DNA of 64,000 nucleotides from Corallococcus sp. AS-1-6. GTDB lineage: Bacteria > Myxococcota > Myxococcia > Myxococcales > Myxococcaceae. A program made the position numbers and the translations under genes. Location of the stretch: contig NZ_JAIQDE010000007.1 in NCBI RefSeq assembly GCF_020037015.1, forward strand, positions 243,886-307,885. The letters run 5' to 3'. Position 1 is the stretch's first letter. Each line of letters opens with the position of its first letter. Of this stretch, positions 60,409-64,000 are shown piece after piece. Below the pieces are notes generated by a model. It made no database searches, was not told the DNA's origin, and saw nothing but the letters and a program-made list of their open reading frames with translations.

Positions 60409-61035
60409 ATGGTGCTCAAGATCGTCCAGGCGGGGGAGCCGGTGCTGCGCCAGCGCGCGCGGGAGCTGACCCCGGAAGAAATCGGCAGCGAGGACACGCG
60501 GCGGCTCATCCAGTTGATGCGCGACACGATGCGGGACGCGCCCGGCGTGGGGCTCGCGGCACCCCAGGTGGGCGTGGGCCTGCGGCTGGTGGTCATCGAG
60601 GACCGCGCCGAGTACCAGGCCGGCGCGTCGCCTGCGGACCTGGCGCTGCGCGAGCGCTCGCCGGTGGCCTTCCACGTGTTGATCAACCCGAGGCTGGTGG
60701 TGGAGGACCCTACGCCGATGGAGTTCCACGAGGGCTGCCTGAGCGTGAACGGCTTCGCGGCGCTGGTGGCCCGGGCGCGCGGCGTGCGGGTGGAGGCGCT
60801 GGGTGAGCACGGCGAGCCGGTGACGGTGTCCGCGCGCGGCTGGTACGCGCGCATCCTCCAGCATGAATTGGATCACCTGGACGGCACGCTCTACGTGGAC
60901 CGCATGGAGACGCGCAGCCTCACGACGCAGGAGAACCACCGCCGGCACTGGCTGGGCAGGAGCACGGCCCAGGTGCGCACGGCGCTGGGGCTGCCGGAGC
61001 AGACCCCTTCGCTTCCCCGAAAGGACCCGACATGA
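60409..61035 (+). CDS. def: peptide deformylase
   Basis: The three signature motifs are GVGLAAPQVG, EGCLS and HELDHLDG. Confidence 0.9.
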   Translation: MVLKIVQAGEPVLRQRARELTPEEIGSEDTRRLIQLMRDTMRDAPGVGLAAPQVGVGLRLVVIEDRAEYQAGASPADLALRERSPVAFHVLINPRLVVEDPTPMEFHEGCLSVNGFAALVARARGVRVEALGEHGEPVTVSARGWYARILQHELDHLDGTLYVDRMETRSLTTQENHRRHWLGRSTAQVRTALGLPEQTPSLPRKDPT

Positions 61036-62099
61036 GCAGCAAGCTGTTCTCTCCCTTGAAGCTGCGGGACATCACCCTGCGCAACCGGGTGGTCGTCTCG
61101 CCCATGTGCCAGTACTCGAGCGACGACGGTTTCGCGAACGAGTGGCACGTGGTGCACCTGGGCAGCCGCGCGGTGGGTGGCGCGGGGCTGGTGGTGACGG
61201 AGGCCACGGCGGTGGAGCCGGAGGGCCGCATCTCGCCGCAGGACCTGGGGCTGTGGAAGGACGCGCACGTGGAGCAGTTGGCGCGCATCAACCGGTTCAT
61301 GCACCAGAACGGCGCCGCGTCCGGCGTGCAGCTCGCGCACGCGGGCCGCAAGGCCTCCACGCCCCGGCCGTGGGACGCGGGCAAGCGCGTGGAGCCGGAG
61401 CACGGCGGCTGGCAGGTGCTGGGGCCCACGACGGAGGCGTTCGAGGAGGGCTACCCGGTGCCCGCGGCGCTGGACGAGGCGGGCATCCAGCGCATCGTGA
61501 AGGCGTTCGCGGACGCGGCGGTGCGCGCGAAGGCCGCGGGGTTCCAGGTCATCGAGCTGCACGCGGCGCACGGCTACCTGCTGCACGAGTTCCTGTCGCC
61601 GCTGTCGAACAAGCGCACGGACCGGTACGGCGGCACGTTCGAGAACCGGACGCGCTTCGCGCTGGAGGTGACGCGCGCCGTGCGGGCGAAGTGGCCGGAG
61701 TCGCTGCCGCTCTTCATGCGCATCTCCGCGACGGACTGGGTGGAGGGCGGCTGGACGCCGGAGGACTCGGTGGCGCTGGCGAAGCTCGTGAAGAAGGAGG
61801 GCGTGGACCTGCTGGATTGCTCGTCGGGCGGCGTGGTGCCGAACGCGAAGATCCCGGTGGGGCCGGGCTACCAGACGCAGTTGGCGGAGCAGGTGCGCAA
61901 GGAGGCGGGCCTGCTCACGGGCGCGGTGGGGATGATCCGCTCCGCGTACCAGGCCGAGCACATCCTGGCCACGGGACAGGCGGACGTCGTCTTCCTGGCG
62001 CGCGAGCTCTTGAGGGACCCGTACTGGCCGCTGCGCGCCGCGAAAGAGCTGCGCGCGGACGTGCTGTGGCCGCACCAGTACGAGCGCGCGAAGAACTGA
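61032..62099 (+). CDS. NADH:flavin oxidoreductase, Old Yellow Enzyme family (YqjM/NamA-like)
   Basis: The N-terminus is LKLRDITLRNRVVVSPMCQY. HAAHGYLLHEFLSP and further OYE blocks are present. The ATG overlaps the def stop as ATGA. Confidence 0.9.
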   Translation: MSSKLFSPLKLRDITLRNRVVVSPMCQYSSDDGFANEWHVVHLGSRAVGGAGLVVTEATAVEPEGRISPQDLGLWKDAHVEQLARINRFMHQNGAASGVQLAHAGRKASTPRPWDAGKRVEPEHGGWQVLGPTTEAFEEGYPVPAALDEAGIQRIVKAFADAAVRAKAAGFQVIELHAAHGYLLHEFLSPLSNKRTDRYGGTFENRTRFALEVTRAVRAKWPESLPLFMRISATDWVEGGWTPEDSVALAKLVKKEGVDLLDCSSGGVVPNAKIPVGPGYQTQLAEQVRKEAGLLTGAVGMIRSAYQAEHILATGQADVVFLARELLRDPYWPLRAAKELRADVLWPHQYERAKN

Positions 62100-62121
62100 T
62101 GCGCGCGGAGGGGACGCCGGT

Positions 62122-63015
62122 TCAGTCGAGGAACCGGCGGTCCCACCCCATGAAATCGTCGTCGGAAAAGTTGGCCGGGCGCACGCTGGCGTGGAAAGCC
62201 CAGGGTTCCAGGACACGGGCCAGCTCCCGGTAGGCAAGAAGCGGTTGGTCTGGACCGCCAGCGAGGGGCTCGGGGCCCAGGATGACGACGGCCCTGGACG
62301 CGTCGAGAGCTTCCACGGTGGTTCCGGGCGCGTGCAGTTGAGAGCGCAGGAAGTCCACGCCGCCCATGGCGCTCAGCGATGGCTCACCGATGAAGGTCAT
62401 CCAGTGCGGGACACGTAGGCGGGTGCCAATCTCAAAGGAAGTCCGGTCGAAGCTCTGGACGTCTACTCCGGGGAAGGGGGCTAGCAGGGGAACGAGGTCC
62501 GACATCACAGTCCCTGAGTTCAGGTATCCGCTGACCGACAGCCCCGCGTGCCCGGAACTGAACGGCAGTGGTGCAGCCAGAGCCAGTGCCAGTTCGCGGA
62601 CACGGAGGGCACCGTGAGCATTCACCCATGACAGGGGCACGATGAAACGAACCGCTGTCACGGGACCCGGATCGTGACGGAATATGGCTGCATGGATGTC
62701 CTTGCCCAGGTATTCGAACTCGAACTTTTCCGGGTAGGGCGCATCATTGGTGAGCAGGACAGAGGGCGCGACCGGATGATGGAGCTTCGTGTGAATGAAT
62801 GCCCATCCGGCGTCATCCAGTTCACGCGGTTCGTCGTCGTCCCCGATGTAGTAATTGAGTGCACGGATGCCGATGGCATCGACAAAGTATTGAAGAGACA
62901 GTGCGATGGATTGAGAGACCTCTGCCGTCGGTCTGGGAAGATAGAAGCAGATGCTTACATCCTCCTGCGTGACGGCCCTGTTCCTGCGCATGACCTGCAG
63001 TCTTGGGGATGTCAT
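62122..63015 (-). CDS. hypothetical cytoplasmic protein in lower-GC islet; candidate immunity protein
   Basis: The 297-aa frame is translationally coupled to the upstream lipoprotein gene (TGA-ag-ATG). GC content is visibly lower than the flanks. Confidence 0.6.
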   Translation of the reverse strand: MTSPRLQVMRRNRAVTQEDVSICFYLPRPTAEVSQSIALSLQYFVDAIGIRALNYYIGDDDEPRELDDAGWAFIHTKLHHPVAPSVLLTNDAPYPEKFEFEYLGKDIHAAIFRHDPGPVTAVRFIVPLSWVNAHGALRVRELALALAAPLPFSSGHAGLSVSGYLNSGTVMSDLVPLLAPFPGVDVQSFDRTSFEIGTRLRVPHWMTFIGEPSLSAMGGVDFLRSQLHAPGTTVEALDASRAVVILGPEPLAGGPDQPLLAYRELARVLEPWAFHASVRPANFSDDDFMGWDRRFLD

Positions 63016-63017
63016 CT

Positions 63018-63818
63018 TCAGAGACCTGCTCCGAGATATGGCTGAACCAGCATCACTTCGTCCAGTTTGAAGGCCCTGAGATACAGGTCACCTTGGTTGC
63101 TTCCATGGTAGGGATGTCCTGCAGGATATTTCCGCCATTGGGCCTGTCGCGTCAGGTCTACACACGGGAACTTGAAGTCATAGACGGCTTCAACCTGCGC
63201 CGGGTCGCCCGTGTGAAGCACCACGTCGGGAACAAGAGTCCCTTTCAACTCTCCCAGACTGCCATGCTGCCGGATGCGAGCCACTTGCGCGGGTGACAGC
63301 CAGATCGTCTTCCCGCTGTCCAGTTCGTAGCGATACGTGGGCTCCAGACTGAACCCACCCGGACGGAGTTCTGTCAGCCTCTCCTCCGCGCACTGCAATG
63401 CGACCCGGTGCATCTCCTCCCCGAGCTTCATGGCGCGGGTGATGGTCTGGCCTTGTGCATCGCGGACCAGTTCGTTGCACTCCTGCGGCGTCGGGCTCCG
63501 GGTTCCGAAGTTCGCGAGGATGACCGTTGTTCGCGCCTTGTCCGCGCACTCTTCCAGCGCTTCTGTCACCTGCTGCTTCAGCGCGGCATCCAGGAGCTTC
63601 ACGGCCGCCGCGGCGGAGCTTCCCGTCGTCGCGAACGTCCGCACGGCCCTGGGAACCACCGCTTCCTCTCCCGCGACCTGGGCACAGTAGGCAGGCTGCG
63701 TCCTGCAGGAGTTCGTCGCGCTGTCGAAGTCGTACTGACTCCGCCTGTGCGCGCCTCCGCATGCCTGCAAGAGCACCGAAGCGGTGAGGAGCCATGGCCA
63801 CCGTTGACTCATCCTCAC
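63018..63818 (-). CDS. lipoprotein in lower-GC islet; candidate lipoprotein toxin (SitA-like architecture)
   Basis: The lipobox is [12 protein letters not shown]. The GTG start has AGGAAGG at 5-nt spacing. Length is 266 aa. Confidence 0.6.
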   Translation of the reverse strand: MRMSQRWPWLLTASVLLQACGGAHRRSQYDFDSATNSCRTQPAYCAQVAGEEAVVPRAVRTFATTGSSAAAAVKLLDAALKQQVTEALEECADKARTTVILANFGTRSPTPQECNELVRDAQGQTITRAMKLGEEMHRVALQCAEERLTELRPGGFSLEPTYRYELDSGKTIWLSPAQVARIRQHGSLGELKGTLVPDVVLHTGDPAQVEAVYDFKFPCVDLTRQAQWRKYPAGHPYHGSNQGDLYLRAFKLDEVMLVQPYLGAGL

Positions 63819-63855
63819 GAACGCCTTCCTTCCGAAGTCCGCATAAGCTTCCCCT

Positions 63856-64000
63856 CATGCTGACCGAGGTGCAGGCGGGACCCTATACCGTGCGTGGCGT
63901 GTCCGTGGGCGGCGTGTACACGTCGCTCCTGGTGCCGGAGCTGGGGGTGCTGCTCGACGCGGGCATCCCCATCCGCTCCTTCGCCACCACGGACCGCATC
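63856..64000 (+). CDS. 5' fragment of a gene, probable MBL-fold metallo-hydrolase (partial at window edge)
   Basis: The product [42 protein letters not shown]... resembles N-termini of metallo-beta-lactamase-fold hydrolases. It is truncated by the window end. Confidence 0.4.

Noticed and set aside
1-64000. tRNA, rRNA, CRISPR arrays, IS elements, integrases and phage genes
   Set aside because: No T-loop-like GGTTCGAATCC motifs in intergenic gaps. No regularly spaced direct repeats with spacers. No transposase or integrase-like ORFs. The few repeats seen are in-frame coding repeats.

Overview
This is a 64-kb stretch of a very GC-rich (about 70%) bacterial chromosome. The protein families present point to a myxobacterium, Myxococcus- or Corallococcus-like: PEGA-domain Ser/Thr kinase, CotH-family lipoprotein, Cys-rich-repeat lipoproteins, many lipobox proteins, and an esg-like branched-chain keto-acid dehydrogenase E1 pair. 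I call about 50 protein-coding genes on both strands. I found no rRNA, tRNA, CRISPR array, IS element or integrase. Housekeeping genes include ppc, menA, def, an OYE flavin reductase, a PiT phosphate transporter with its PhoU-like partner, a lytic transglycosylase, and bkd E1 alpha and beta. The accessory content I consider most worth following up is listed in order of coordinate. (1) An operon of HAMP-PP2C phosphatase, TPR protein and orphan PhnD-like binding protein linked by overlapping start/stop codons, followed by a TonB-dependent receptor with a long Pro/Ala-rich N-terminal extension. (2) A Ser/Thr kinase with two Zn-ribbons and an in-frame 39-42 bp tandem repeat, next to a strongly RBS-supported 101-aa Cys-rich ORF that the ORF track hides inside an artefactual 407-aa frame. 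(3) A LOG-like (TIGR00725) protein next to a protein with two class III cyclase domains, a STAND ATPase and TPR repeats. (4) A lipid-tailoring neighbourhood: an SCD-like desaturase whose 3' end overlaps a B12-binding radical SAM gene, a large GT-C-like membrane protein, and a CADD/PqqC/TenA-like di-iron enzyme divergent from a second membrane desaturase. A third, QxxHH-type desaturase with a MaoC dehydratase lies further on. (5) A multihaem c-type cytochrome lipoprotein, a lipoprotein and a trihaem cytochrome cluster. (6) A markedly lower-GC islet near the 3' end encoding a lipoprotein and a translationally coupled cytoplasmic protein, which looks like a SitA/SitI-type toxin/immunity pair. Many long ORFs in the six-frame track are antisense artefacts of the GC-rich sequence and are rejected.
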